Shown in pieces: positions 1 through 14,015 of a stretch of 64,000 bases of DNA. The stretch lies in NCBI GenBank assembly GCA_964016885.1, contig OZ024742.1, positions 107,694,001 to 107,758,000 on the forward strand. The letters run 5' to 3'. The translations under genes were made by a program, and so were the position numbers. This DNA comes from Eledone cirrhosa (lineage: Eukaryota). Every line of letters starts with the position of its first letter. Positions within the stretch are counted from its first letter, which is position 1. The notes under the pieces were generated by a model, which saw nothing but the letters and a program-made list of their open reading frames with translations, did no database searches and was not told where the DNA came from.

Positions 1-300
1 AGTCAACATCATTGGATACCATCAGGGTTGCAGGTGTTATATCAGAGTTTTCCTCCTCCTAGAATTCTGCCTTGATAAAAGCTAAGGGGTCATCTCTCCC
101 GGTGATTTTTGGATGGCCATTGACTCTTAAGAGCTCCTTTGCCCTTTTCCAGATTTTGTTTTTAGTCCTGCAAGATGTCCAAAGCCACCCTCCTCACCAA
201 GAAACCTTGGTGGGGTTGCCAGTTTAGTCACCAATGAACCGACCATGAGACAGGTTGTACTGGGATACATGTTACCAGTAGCACCAACTGGTGACCTGAC
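1..300 (-). mobile_element. Non-autonomous RTE-derived retroelement (family A), 5' half; runs off the window start
   Basis: Reverse complement of 40707-41007 and 61100-61400, with the same GTCAGGTCACC start; abuts a (TA)n/(TACA) tract. Confidence 0.8.
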
Positions 301-326
301 ATATATATATATATATATATACATAT

Positions 327-413
<87 letters not shown>

Positions 414-414
<1 letters not shown>

Positions 415-935
415 CATCATCATCATCATCATCAACGTTTAACGTCCGTGTTCCACGCTTGCATGGGTTTGGACGGGGGTTTTCCCACTTGAGGCAAGAG
501 TGATTATCTTGCTCGCATAGGACTATCTGGCGGGTTTTCTACAGCTGGACGCCCCTCCCAACACCAACCACATTTACAGTGTGGGGCTGGGAGGTTTTTA
601 CCGTGTTGCCTACACGGCCACATTACAGCGTGAACTGTGTGTTTTTTGACGTGACACCTACACGATCTCATTTGTTTCGGCCTGGATGTTGTGGCACCAA
701 CATAACTTTATATTGAAAGGGGCGGTGTGGATAGGGTGGGGGTGGTGGGACAGGGGTGTATTTTGTTAGAGATGCCTACTGACTGTAGTAGGTTTTACTT
801 AGTATTTAGGTAAGGCGGGTCTTCTCTATTACTGAGTACCGCCAAAGGTCTCGGTCCAGTGACATTGTCTTGGTGAGGTGTAAGTGTGTGAGGTCGAAAT
901 TTATCAGCTCGTCCCAGGTTTTTCTGGGTCTGCCT
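414..935 (-). mobile_element. RTE-clade LINE 3' end (5'-truncated) with (GAT)n tail
   Basis: Minus strand encodes [15 protein letters not shown]...DRDLWR...*, typical of RTE ORF C-termini, followed by a 3' UTR and (CAT)n at 414-433 on the plus strand. Confidence 0.75.
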
Positions 936-1262
936 ATATACATATATACATACATATATATACATATATATATACATATATACATATATACATATATATA
1001 CATATATATACATATATATATATACATACATATATACATATATATATACATACATATATCTATACACATATATTATATATATACATATATATATATATAC
1101 ATATATATATACATATATATATATATATACGTATATACATATATGGACATATATATACATATACATATACATATATATATACGTATATATATATATGGAC
1201 ATATATATACATATACATATACATATACATATATATACATATACATACACATATATATATAC

Positions 1263-1293
<31 letters not shown>

Positions 1294-1356
1294 CATATAT
1301 ATATACATATATACACATATATACATCCATATATATATACATATATATATATATAT
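936..1356. repeat. Compound (TA)n/(TACA)n microsatellite
   Basis: Direct reading of the sequence. Confidence 0.95.
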
Positions 1357-1500
1357 CACCATCATCATCATCGCTTTTCCCTGCTTGCAAGGGTGGGATG
1401 GGAGCTGATTCTGGCTTGAATTCTACAGCTGGATGCCCTTCCTAGCACCAACCTCATTTGCAGTGAGTGCTGGGTGCTTTTTTGCCGTGGCACCTCCACG
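1357..1500 (-). mobile_element. Short RTE-related 3' fragment
   Basis: (CAT)n followed by ...ctacagctggatgcccttcctagcaccaacc, similar to 414-600. Confidence 0.55.
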
Positions 1501-1547
1501 ACCACTTTGCAGTGGAATAATAGGGACTGGGGTCCCTATCATCTCAT

Positions 1548-1687
1548 TTCTACAGCTGAGTAAACTGGAGCAATGTGAAATAAAGTGTCTTGCTCAAGGA
1601 AACAACATATCATCCGGTCTGAGAATTGAACTGACAACTTTTTGATTGCAAGGCCAATGCTCTAACCACTAAACCATGTGCCTCCAT
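1548..1687 (-). mobile_element. tRNA-derived SINE with CORE-like box
   Basis: Minus strand has A box TGGTTTAGTGG, a B-box-like GTTCAATTC, then gtttccttgagcaagacacttt; homologous to 44878-45093 and 63066-63283. Confidence 0.75.
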
Positions 1688-2424
1688 ATATATATACATA
1701 TATATATATATATGGAGGCACATTTTGTGATAATTGAGCTGGTTTTCTGGTTTCGTTAGATATTGTCCTGAAAACCACAGTTTTCAGGACAGCCTCTCTA
1801 CGTAATACCTGTGGAGAATTATGCTAAAAGCACCGTTTTCGCCAAAAGTCACGTATTGTTTTGCGTCTTGTAGTAGTTGTTTTGTATTAGTTATGTCAAT
1901 TGGCGTGTATAGTTCGTTTTTTTTTACAGTTTGTGCAAACGCTGTTTTGGTGGTGTTGTCTTTTTTGTTGCTGTTGTTGTTGTCACTGTTGTTGATATTG
2001 TTCATGTTTTCCTTGGTGTTGTTATTGTTGCAGTTGATGGTTGTGGTGTTATTGTTATTGTTCTTGTTGTTGGTGCTGGTATTATTTACCGGGTTTGGTT
2101 CCGTGGTTTCAATATTTTCAACGTTTTTCGATAGGGTGAGGGAGGAAGGCTGCAAGCTTTGTACTCCTACCTTCCCCCACCACTTTTCTTAGTGGACGTG
2201 GCACTCGCTACAGTGTGCGAGGTTGAAATGGCATCCATTATTGACTACCAAGTCTACACAGTTTTGAGATGAAAATTCCGCCCCCAAAAGGGGCGAAAAT
2301 TAGTTGACTCAACGTCTGAAGGCCCAAACATGCTAACAAATTGAACAATGAACTCACAGTTTTTTTAACAATAATCCGTAAAAATCCGGAGCGAAGTAAT
2401 GCACGTCTATCGAATGGAAGAGAG

Positions 2425-3385
2425 TGCCATGTAGTAGATATAGAGAGGGGGAGAGTTTGGTGATAGTTGATATAGAGTGGAAGGTTGGGAGAGTGTGTTG
2501 TGTATTAAATATAGAGAGGGGGAGAGATTTATATTTATTGATATAGAGAGGGGTATTGGAAGAGAGTTCCATACAGTAGTTATAGAGAGAGGGAGAGTTT
2601 GATGTTATTGATGTAGAGAGGGGTATTGAAAGAGAGTTCCGTGTAGTAGATATAGAGAGGGGCAAAATTTGGTGTTAATTGATATAGAGATGGGTGCTGG
2701 AAGATAGTTCCTTGTAGTTGATATAGAGAGGGGGAGAGTTTGATGGTAATGAATAGTGTGAGAGGGAATGAGAGAGTGTTGTATAGTAGATATAGAGAGG
2801 GGGAGAGTTTGGTGATAATTGATATAGAGAGGGGAATTGGGAGAGAGTGTTGTATGGTAAATATAGAGAGGGGGAGAGTTTGGTGTTAATTGATATAGAG
2901 AGGGGAGTGGGAAGAGAGATCCGTGTAGTAGTTATAGAGAGGCTGTGAGTTTGATATTAATTGATATAGAGTGGGATTGGGAGAGTATGTTGTATGGTTG
3001 ATGTAGCGAGGGGGAGAGTTTGGTGGTAATGAATAGAGTGAGAGAGAATGAGAGAGAGTGTTGTATTGTAGATATAGAGAGGGGGGGGGGGGACAGAGTT
3101 TGGTGGTTGTAGATATACAGAGAGGGATAATGGGAGAGTTCCGTGTAGTAGATATATAGAGGGCGAGAGTTTAGGGGTGATTGATATAGAGAAGGGGATT
3201 GGGAGAGATAAGTGTAGATATTTATAGAGAGCGAGAGAGTGTATTAGTCCTAGATATAGAGAGTGGGATGAGTGGCAGTGTCATGGTAGATATAGAGAGG
3301 GGAAGAGTTTGGTTTTAGTAGATACTGAGAGGGGGGATTAAGCGAGAGTTTTATGTGGTAGACATAGAGAGTAGGAGACTTTGGT
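2425..3385. repeat. Degenerate purine-rich minisatellite (~34/68 bp units, gatatagagagggggagagttt)
   Basis: The core gatatagagagggg recurs roughly every 30-35 bp. Confidence 0.85.
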
Positions 3386-3389
3386 GGCA

Positions 3390-3689
3390 CTCTCGGGTCC
3401 CAAATAATAAGAGGGTTGGCAATAATGGAGTAGGGGTGCCTGGGAAATCAATAATTGTATAGTGTACGTTCGTAAATATGGGATTTCTTGTAATGTTCTT
3501 TTTTTGCCATATATTTTTTTGTCATATGTTTTTTTAATGTAAAATAAAATTAGTATTAGATTTTCCAGCTGCTGTATCAATATAAATCACTTAAATGAAA
3601 TTTGTAGAGATAGATTAGCAAATTTGAATAAGTGGGTGGAAAAAAATCTAATAAGCGGCGGGTGGGGACGATTATTCAAGACCTGAGAG
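3390..3689. mobile_element. Tc1/mariner (pogo/Tigger-like) MITE
   Basis: Imperfect TIRs CTCTCGGGTCCCAAATAAT / ATTATTCAAGACCTGAGAG, followed by TA. Confidence 0.55.
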
Positions 3690-4190
3690 TACGAGAATTT
3701 TTGACGGATGTAAGATTGAAAACTTAATACCGAAGTAGAGTTTAAATATTCATTTATTATGGCTAAACCTTGTTACTCTGGGGTCTCACCTGCGTATTCA
3801 CCAGACAAGATTGGTGATCCTGTGAGTGCGCAGGTGAAACAAAGCTCACCATTAGCCATAATAAATGAATGAATGTATATATATATATATATAAATATAA
3901 ATTCAACGAGAATCGTATTTCGGCGGGTAGAAATAAGCGAAACGCAATTTCCGATTTGTGTTGGCAAGCGCTCCATGGACCAAAAGAGACCAGAGCAATA
4001 AACACATGTTATAAAGGCCATACAAACTGAGACGGCTGTTAAGAAGCTATCAACCACCTAAGCCAAATATATATATTTATATGAGATGAATAAATTGGGT
4101 ATAATACCAGTTTCTTACCAAATGCGACAAGCTCGATATATTAACCTCAAAGAAAAGGACACAGAGCATCTTTTTTAAATTACATAGATA

Positions 4191-4645
<455 letters not shown>

Positions 4646-5014
4646 GCGTATAACCGGAAGTGTTGACATTTGAAAATGTTAAAGAAGTGAATATTTAAAT
4701 AATATCTTTAATCTTTTAACAAATTTTAGTAGACAAAAATACCATCACTTTCTTACTTGGAAAAAGTTACATCTATGGTACAAATTTGGTGCCGTTTGGC
4801 GAAAAGTTTGTTATATACATACGGCCGTCAGCTTTATTAGTATATATACGTATATATACATACATAAACATGTTATTGACAGTCGTATAAAAAAGAAGTA
4901 TAATTGTTTCTACGTTTGGCACAAGGCCAGCAATTATCCCAGTACATTACTGGTACTTTATTATATATAATATATATAATACGACATTCCTCTCTCTTTC
5001 TTACTCTGTCTTTT

Positions 5015-5457
5015 TAGATAGATACATAGCTATAACGTCGCGCGCTTATAATATCTGTCTGTATGTCTGCCTGTCTGCATTGACTTCGCTTCTAACCAAC
5101 TTTTAATTAATTATATATATATAATTATATATTCGTGTACATATTTTCAACAGTAATACTATACTATACTATATATTTTCAACAGTAATACTACACTATA
5201 TGTTTTCAACAGTAATACTATACTATACTATATGTATTCAACAGTAATACTGTACTATATATTTTTAACAGTAATACTATACTAGATATTTTCAACAGTA
5301 ATATTGTACTGTACTATATATTTTCAACAGTAATACTATACTACACAGACGGCTTCTCGTCTGTTTATCCAAGCGAAGCTCGGTACGTCAGCTATATATA
5401 TATGGATGCCGTAGAACACGCCAATGGTAGCCCGGCGCTAGCCGGACGGGCAAGCTA

Positions 5458-5458
<1 letters not shown>
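5015..5458 (+). mobile_element. Non-autonomous Helitron-like element(s) with internal ~25-30 bp tandem repeat
   Basis: (TCTG)-like subterminal run; tandem atattttcaacagtaatactatact at 5140-5345; 3' hairpin CCGGC-GCTA-GCCGG then CTAG|T at 5455-5459; a second 3'-end-like motif at ~5367-5394. Confidence 0.55.
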
Positions 5459-5540
<82 letters not shown>

Positions 5541-5550
5541 TATATATATA

Positions 5551-5861
<311 letters not shown>

Positions 5862-6023
5862 GACATACATACGGACAAATGGAATGAATGAGAGGCACAC
5901 GATAATTTCGGTATATATTTCTATTAGATACTAATAGTAGGATGTTAAATAAATATACTGAAGTAAATCTATATCAGATCATATATTAGTAGTTTTCTGC
6001 GGTGTTCCGAAATTATTGTAGAT

Positions 6024-6090
<67 letters not shown>

Positions 6091-6289
6091 TCTCTCTCTA
6101 TTTCAGCTGCCACATATGACCTGCTGTTAGATTATACGCATACATGCGCGCACATATATGGATGAGATGTTACTAGTTAAGACCAGTACGACCATATTTA
6201 ACTCTATTTCTATATTTCAGAAAGTAGTGTTGGTATTATAAGGATTTTCTGCCTTACAGTTAAGCTTTTACTGTTTCGACATATGTATG

Positions 6290-6329
<40 letters not shown>

Positions 6330-6376
6330 ATATAGAAATGGTTTCTACAGGACAAGAACTGTTTCATTCGGGAGAA

Positions 6377-6413
<37 letters not shown>

Positions 6414-6990
6414 CGAGTAGATACACCCACATATTGTCATCTGCCAATAAATAATTCGTATACTCTTGTATAATTGTGCCCACACATGTGTATATACTCG
6501 TGGAGAAATTACATAGCTATTGCCACTCGATTGCGTAGGATATTTCCAGTTGTGCTCATACGTGTGTACGTACGTATGGAAGCTGTCACACCTGCGCAAC
6601 GAAACACCCACACATATATAGAGCGATAACTGTGGTGCATCGGTAAAAGCTACTGTATTTGATAAATTGCTGCAAACTGTTAATGCGTACACGTGGCTTT
6701 AGGTATAGGAACGGCTCTGTGGTTAAGGAGTTTGCTTCGCTGTCTTAATGTTCTGGGTTGAGTTCTGCTATAGCCTTGTGTGTGTGTAGATTTATGAGTG
6801 GGTCTACCAGTATAAATGCCCGATATTGCAACGGAGTTGGCTGCCCGCAGGTGCGAGCCCCGCGAGGTACAGTGGCTGCTTCAGCTCGTCTCCCTGACCG
6901 CCCTGCAGGGAAATGTCTTCTCCATCCTTTGTCCGGGACCACGAGGTGGACGGCATATTAGTACTATCACTAGAATACAGCAACAGCAGT

Positions 6991-7021
<31 letters not shown>

Positions 7022-7448
7022 GTACCAAAATGCCGAAACTTATTTCAGGTCTTCTACTTCTAAATCCCCCCTTCCCCTCCTCCCCCCTACCACAGCCGCC
7101 CTTTTATAACTTATTTGTAATATTCTTCATAGCCGTGGCCAGCATCTGAGATGAAATTGACCCCTGACCCGATTGATCTAGTTCTACACATCATACACAC
7201 CCAACATAATTATCTTCTTCTTCTTCTTCTTCTTCTTCTTCTTTGACATCTTTTCCATTTTCTTTCTATTCTTACCCTTTTCTCGGTCTTCTTCCTCCCC
7301 TTTCTCATTTTCTTTATTCCTAAAGACCCTCGTGCATGTGAAGTCATGAACAAACCGTAGTTGCACGCAGTCGAATTTTTTTTCCTAAATATACCAATTC
7401 TTCATCCCATTATGCCTCGAATACTACGTATATATATATATATATATA

Positions 7449-7641
7449 TAATTGTTTCTACTTTTGGCACAAGGCCACCAATTATCTCAGTGTATTACTG
7501 GTACTTTATTTTATCAACCCCGTAAAGATGAAAGGCAAAGTTAACCTCGGCGGGATTTGAACTCAGATCATAAAGGGCCGTAACTCTTTGCTACAAAGTA
7601 TGGCGTTCGACCTTCTACCGATACTGCCAATCCACCGGCCT
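7449..7641 (-). mobile_element. tRNA-derived SINE with Meta/MESC-like body (family B)
   Basis: Minus strand: tRNA-like head (GAGTTCAAATCCC), body gccgaggttaactttgcctttcatc...gataaaataaagtaccagt, tail ...agaaacaattat. Confidence 0.8.
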
Positions 7642-7802
7642 TATATATATATATAATGAGTTGACGGATCCAGCATATTTATCAATGCCAGGACCGGTTG
7701 TATCTCAGCGTACTCAATAGATAATGTAGGATACATTCCCAGAGTATACACATAGTTATTCGCTTCAATACAACTCACATAAAACGGGTGCCTATAACAG
7801 TT

Positions 7803-7913
7803 CCCAAACTCGAGTTTCGGCCACACTTAATGCAGCAGTATGGTGCACTGCACCCTCTGTCTGAATATATTATGCAACAATGCATAATCGGCGCATGTGG
7901 CCTCATCAGCGGG
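7803..7913 (-). ncRNA. Type I hammerhead ribozyme with extended stem II
   Basis: Minus strand: CCCG-CTGATGA-GGCCACA...(~70 nt)...TGTGGCC-GAAA-CTCGAG-TT-TGGG; core intact, palindromic stem III. Confidence 0.75.
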
Positions 7914-8142
7914 TATCGCCTAAACAATAACCAATCGATCGACAGAATCCCAACCCCAGCCCATGCCGGCTATGACTGTTTGTGACGGCCGACACAGTAA
8001 AGTGATTAACAACTGGAATCTGATGCAACTCTGTCCCCCCTACCAGCCACCGATCTACAAACTTTACGTGGTGGCGGGAGATTAGAAAACAAATATTTTC
8101 GTTCCCGTCAAAAGCACTCAGCCAAGGTGTCTCAAACACAAA

Positions 8143-8205
<63 letters not shown>

Positions 8206-8258
8206 ATATAGTAACAATAGTAATAAATGGAAAATATATCACTATAGCATCATATTTA

Positions 8259-8314
8259 TTTTATTATACATATTTCAAGGATACTAAATTATAGTATGCT
8301 TTCATCAGATAAAA
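8259..8314 (-). ncRNA. Minimal type I hammerhead ribozyme in a pLTR-like fragment (8211-8380)
   Basis: Minus strand: TTTTAT-CTGATGA-AAGCATACTA-TAATT-TAGTATCCTT-GAAA-TATGTA-TA-ATAAAA; homologous to 30463-30523. Confidence 0.8.
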
Positions 8315-8399
8315 TACAATATTTGATGTATAAGATAATGACATAGTTAAAATATAGACCTCAACGGTCAACTTACAATGGGTATATACATATACATCA

Positions 8400-9127
8400 A
8401 CCAACAACAACAGAAAAAAACAGAGACAACACCCCTGAAGAACACAGCCCCACCCCGTCCCACTCCATCAAACACTACCACAAACACACACACCGAAACA
8501 CCACCACCACACAACATACCCCTACCCCACACTCCTGACGATGATTATTCATCGACGGATGAAGCTGCTTCTCCTTCTCTAAGTGAAGAAGAGGGAGAGC
8601 CGCGTAAATCTAAAAAACAAAAAAAGAGACACCACAAAACCCCCAAAACACCAATCACCAACACGAACACACAACCACAGACACAAACAACAACACAAAC
8701 AACACCACAGTCAAACATCCTCCTACCAGCAAAACCAACACCAACACCACCCCAAACACAAGCACCCACCATAAAAAGAAAACTCCCGGACGAACAACAA
8801 ACTAAAACAACACAACAAAAACACAAACAACAATACGCCTACATCAACACAAACAACAAGAGTTTGATGGAGGTCATCTCCCAAAACCCCGAGGTGGAGA
8901 CGGAGGGCAAAACTTTCAAGGCAGAATCGTCTCCATACCTTAAACTTATAAGGGTTTCTATGGAAACCTATAATGACCTGAAAAATAAATATTCACAGGA
9001 CGTGGGCAACGCCTGTCAGAAACCCATCAACCGCGTCCTGTTAAAATATTTCCCCACCCCACCCAACACCCCATCCAGCACCCAAATGGAGATTGAACAA
9101 CCCGATCTCCAGGAAACGAAAAGGTAA
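8400..9127 (+). pseudogene. Tx1 ORF1 C-terminal low-complexity remnant
   Basis: Open P/T/Q/K-rich frame ending 42 nt before the ORF2 ATG. Confidence 0.55.
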
Positions 9128-9168
9128 GTGCACCTTTCGTCCTTTTTCTCCAACTCTTCTTCACCAAC

Positions 9169-12100
9169 ATGGCTAGTTTACGAGTTGGAAGCGTGAATGT
9201 GCGTGGCCTAGGGATGCCCTGGAAATAGGGCCAATTTTTAAACGACCTTAGGTCACACGGTATGGATGTGATAGCCATCACCGAGTCCAGGATCCACAAC
9301 AGGCAGCAACTAACCCCCATCTTCGACGACTTTGAGATCTACGCATCTCTCTGTCAGCCAGGAGGTGGAGGGAGAGTGGCTGTCATGTTTCGGAAGAACC
9401 TGGACGTCGAAGTACAGCAAGTACACTTGGACCCGGAGGGTAGACTGGTAGTCCTAGACGTGAACAGTATTAGAGGTGGAGCCTTCAGACTGGTGGCCGT
9501 TTATGCCCCGACCGGGCAATCGCAATCACGGCCAGACTTCTTTAAGCGCCTAGAGTCTTTTCTGGGAACGTCTCGCTCCTTACTTTTAGTGGGGGACTGG
9601 AATGGTATCCTAGATGCACGATGGGACTATGTGGGAGCATGTCCCAGTAGAGGGGTTGCAACAATCTCAAAACATTAATCGGCCAATTCCAACTGGCCGA
9701 TATGTATCAACTGGATTTCCCGACTGCACCACAGTGGACGTGGGCAAACCGCAGCGGGACATCTAGATCGTATTTAGATAGGTTCTTCATTAGAGAAAGG
9801 GACAGGGAGATGTTAAGCTGTCCACGAATGCACATGGTTGCCTATTCAGATCACAAATTAGTCGTTTGCTTAGTAAACCGTGATAGAACACACAAACAAA
9901 GACCCGGATACTGGAAGCTGAACGTGTCGTTGCCGGCACGTAAAGCTTACAGTGAACGCAACAGTTAACGGGAGCCATCGTCAACAACAGATGGTGGTAC
10001 TCTCTCAAGAAAGCAATTAGAATAGAATCGATAGGGTTTAGCAGAGAGTTGGCCTTAGAGAAAAATCAAAATAGAAATAGAACTAGTAGCCAAGGTAGAG
10101 GAGGGACTTAGAAGTGGCAACGCGGCTAGAGTGTTAGCGTCGAGAACGGCACTAGACCAGTTCTTCGATGCGAAACACGAAGGCTGCGTGGTCAGAAGCA
10201 AAACACTTGCTCTAGGAAACGAAGGAGCAAAAGCGGTCAGCTGGGCCCGAGTGGCGGAGGCAAAAAGTGGCAACAAGTCCACGATTCGGTCTTTGAAAGA
10301 CCAAAACGGACGCGTGCTACTTGACTCCAAGCAAATGTGCGCGGCCTTTCAGCAACACTTTGCGCGACTGTTTGAGCAGAATGACGGTGAGCCGAACGAG
10401 GCAATGGACTTTAGTTCATACCTCGACGGCCTGCCGCGTCTCTCGAACACGGACGCCGAGTTCTGCGAAAGACCGATCACGGACACTGAGATACGAGACG
10501 CTCTGGACCGCTGCGGGAAACGCAAGTCACCCGGTCTAGATGGTCTACCCTATGAGTTTTACATAGGCATGCCGGACTTGTTCTCTGACGTCCTCGAAGC
10601 CGTCTACTGCAATTGGCAGCAGAACGGGAGAATTCCCAGTTCTGCAGGCAAGGGCGTAGTAACGCTGATCAGGAAAGACGAGAACAAGGGGGCCGAAATT
10701 AACAACTTCAGGCCCATAACTCTGCTCAACACAGAGTTAAAGATTTTGGCCAAGGTGCTAGCGACGAGGTTGGCGCTTGTCGTCGAGAACCTGGTAGGGA
10801 AAGCGCAAACGTGTGCAATCCCGACCAGGTCCATACACGACAACCTCCACCTCATACGATACATCATAGAGAGGGTGGGTAGTAAGCCAGGCTTCGGTGG
10901 GGCTCTGATCAATTTGGATCAGTCTAAGGCATTCGAAAGGGGCGACCATCGATACTTGGAAGCGGTTCTCAAGGCGGCCTGTTTCGGTCCCGTTTTCAGA
11001 GGCTGGATCGAGGCGATGCACACCAGCATCTGCTCGAGGGTCAAGGTGAACGGCTACCTATCGGAGCCGTTCGCAATCACGCGTTCCATTCGACAGGGGT
11101 GCCCTCTCTCCTCCATTCTGTATGTATTGACTCTAGAGCCACTACTGCGGAAATTGGAGCTGTTGCAGAGCATCCCTCTAGAACCGGGACTGACGGTAAT
11201 GGTGTCGAGCACCTCGGAAATAGGGGTGATCGGCAACTTACTGAAAGAATAAGAAACGCTGACGAGAGCAAAACTAAACCCGGACAAGTCTGTCGGTTTG
11301 CAACTCGGTACGTGGAGAGGCAAACCGATGACGTCCGACAGCGTCGTTGGACGCTGGACGGACGGACTGGTGAAATTGCTCGGGGTCTGGTTCGGTCTAG
11401 ACCTCCAGGTGGAGAAAAACTGGAAAGAGGTAACGGCCAAGGTGTTTGCACTCACCCAGAAGTGGGCAGAGTGCAAACTGTCCTTGAAAGGTCGAGCGGA
11501 GGTGGCGAACACTTTCATAGCGTCCGTCATCTACTACCGCTTGACTATCGTGCCTTGTCCCCGTGAACACCTCGCCAAGATGGAACGCATGCTCTTCCAG
11601 TTTCTGTGGAAGAAGCAGACTCCGCTGGTGAGGAGATCCGTCTGCTGTCAGCACCCTTCCAACGGAGGGCTGGGAATGCCGTGGATGATGATGCGCAAAC
11701 ATGCGCTGAGGCTGCGGCATCTCCAGATATTCCTCACCGACCCCCAACCGGTGTGGGCACCGTTTGTGAGACAGACTTTCCCACAGCTCGTCTCGCTGAC
11801 GGAGCTGCAGTCCTGGGTCAAGAAAAGACTGAAAACGATGGGCGCCTGGCACATTGAATGTGCCCAGGCGCTCACAGTCCTCAGGCAAGCGGGCACAGCA
11901 ATCAGTGGAGACTCCACTTCAACATTCTATAGAGGGATTGTACGATACAAGGGCGACGACGTGCTCGGAGAGACTCTGGGCGTCGAAGACGATGAGCTCA
12001 CCAGTCTGTTTGGTAGGACTTTCCACTCGAGACCTATGGACAACTTCCAGAGGTCCATGGCCTGGCAGTGCTACCGAGGAGCTCTACCGGTTCGTGACAA

Positions 12101-12563
12101 GATCTACAGGCACGGACGCCCCGGCAGGGATTTTTCCAAGAGGACGTGTCCAAGATGCGCGTAGGACATTGAAACAGTCCTGCACACAATTGTACACTGC
12201 CCGGGCGTAACCGACCTGTGGAACTATGCAGAACAACTGCTGTCGCGTATGGGACAAATCCAGTTGACTGCCGAGTCCATAGTAAGGATCAAACCGCCAG
12301 CTTTTTTCAAAAACGAAAGAGAGGCGATATTCCTCTGTACGGTGGCTATGGTCAAAGAAGTTATATGGTGGACGAGGTTGAGAGGACTGAGGACAGATGC
12401 CTTTCTCTCCGGACAACAATTGATTCCCTTCTTTAAGTATCACTTTAGAAGGAGAATCAGAGTGGAGAGAGAGGCACTGCACCCCAGTAAATTTACTGAA
12501 AGGTGGGTGAATGAAGCGAAAATGACCCGAGTGTTTGGGCCTTCTTTGTTTATAAGCCTGTAG
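9169..12563 (+). pseudogene. Tx1 ORF2 (APE endonuclease + reverse transcriptase + CCHC), disrupted
   Basis: VNVRGL, DVIAITES, VGDWN, YLDRFF, YSDH (APE); KSPGLDGLP, NFRPITLLN, LDQSKAF, RQGCPLS (RT); the YADD region is deleted; CPRC..H..C; several stops and frameshifts. Confidence 0.92.
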
Positions 12564-12812
12564 GTTGAAGAAGAGAACAAAAGGAAGAAAGGAGCACTTG
12601 CACAACACGCTCCTGGAGTTGAGGGTTGCTCTATCGACGGGATATTAAACAACCCATTTGTGGCGCCTCCACCCTATTGGGGATTTCGATTGTTGTAACT
12701 GTTTGTTTTTATATTTTTTACACGACTGTATGTAAAATCCCCGGCATGTCTTTGTATTGTCCCCTTTTCTTGTGCGCCCTTGTGGCAAATAAAGAAATCT
12801 ATCTATCTATCT

Positions 12813-12895
<83 letters not shown>

Positions 12896-12904
12896 GAAAG
12901 TATA

Positions 12905-12990
<86 letters not shown>

Positions 12991-13171
12991 ATACAATAAC
13001 AGAGATAGCTTTAAGCTAAACTCCGACTGGTAACCATCTCACTCAACAAACATTAGGTTATACGTTAGTATAAACCCAATTTAAGTGTTTGGGGTGCTAA
13101 CTATATGTATTTTGTGGAAAGCCAGTTGTATTATTTTATGAGATATAATTAAAGTTAAAATATATCTCTCT

Positions 13172-13296
13172 TTCCAAACAATTGTTTCATTATAAGTTTT
13201 CTACAAATTGGGATAATGTTTCCAGTTTATGTAGAAGCCTAACATATATTCATGTAAGAATATATTTAGGTGGGTACTTATAAATCTTCAGTGGAA
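13172..13296 (-). ncRNA. Type I hammerhead ribozyme with branched, extended stem II
   Basis: Minus strand: TTCCA-CTGAAGA-T-TTATAAGT...two sub-hairpins...ACTTATAA-T-GAAA-CAATTG-TT-TGGAA; the element's 3' end runs into (TA)n at ~12990. Confidence 0.75.
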
Positions 13297-13481
13297 GCCC
13301 ATTAAACTTTGATATAAGAAAAAATTTCTTACCGCAGTTAAAAATCGTGTCTGCTAAGTTTTCCTTCACGCATCGAATGACCGCCAAATTTGAAATTCCA
13401 GCAGTCTTTTGACTGAGGAAGTATCATAGCGTCACGAAGCGGGAAAGGGAGACAACCACGAATCACGAGAAAAGAAAATAA

Positions 13482-13885
13482 TATACACGTGGGTTAATTA
13501 GTTTTTTCAAAAACATTATACATCCAGCGTGTTAAGAACTCAATTGATTTAAAAAAAATAAATGTATGCGTGTATTAATTACACACGCATATAGATATTT
13601 TCTTAGGCTAAAAACAGAAGTGATACCTAAATAACAAACCATATCTCATAACTGTAATAAATACGGAAAGTTACGCTTTAAAAGGCATTTGGGAATGTAA
13701 ATCTCTGGCCAAATTAAGAGTAAAATATTTAATACACGCGGGTTAATTAGTTATTTCAAAACCATTATTAATTCCGCGTGTTAAGAACTCAATTAATTTA
13801 AAAAAAATAAATGTATGCATCTAATTATTTACACACGCATATATATATTTTTTCTTAGGCTAAAAACAGAGAAGTGACAACCAAA
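13482..13885. repeat. ~150-bp direct repeat, period ~250 bp
   Basis: 13482-13630 resembles 13731-13885 (gggttaattag...ggctaaaaacaga). Confidence 0.85.
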
Positions 13886-13960
13886 AAACCTATATATATA
13901 TATATGTATGTATGTAAAAGGTAAACAGAAATAACAACACAATCGGTAGAGAGAGAAAGA

Positions 13961-14015
<55 letters not shown>

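Larger units (their letters stand above)
8400..12797 (+). mobile_element. Tx1-clade (L1 group) non-LTR retrotransposon, 5'-truncated, defective
   Basis: ORF1 remnant, ORF2 with APE, RT and zinc knuckle, 3' UTR with AATAAA at 12788, then (ATCT)n(CT)n(TA)n. Confidence 0.9.

Noticed and set aside
1784-2155. Asn-rich minus-strand ORF, possibly a LINE ORF1 start
   Set aside because: Low complexity with no diagnostic motif.
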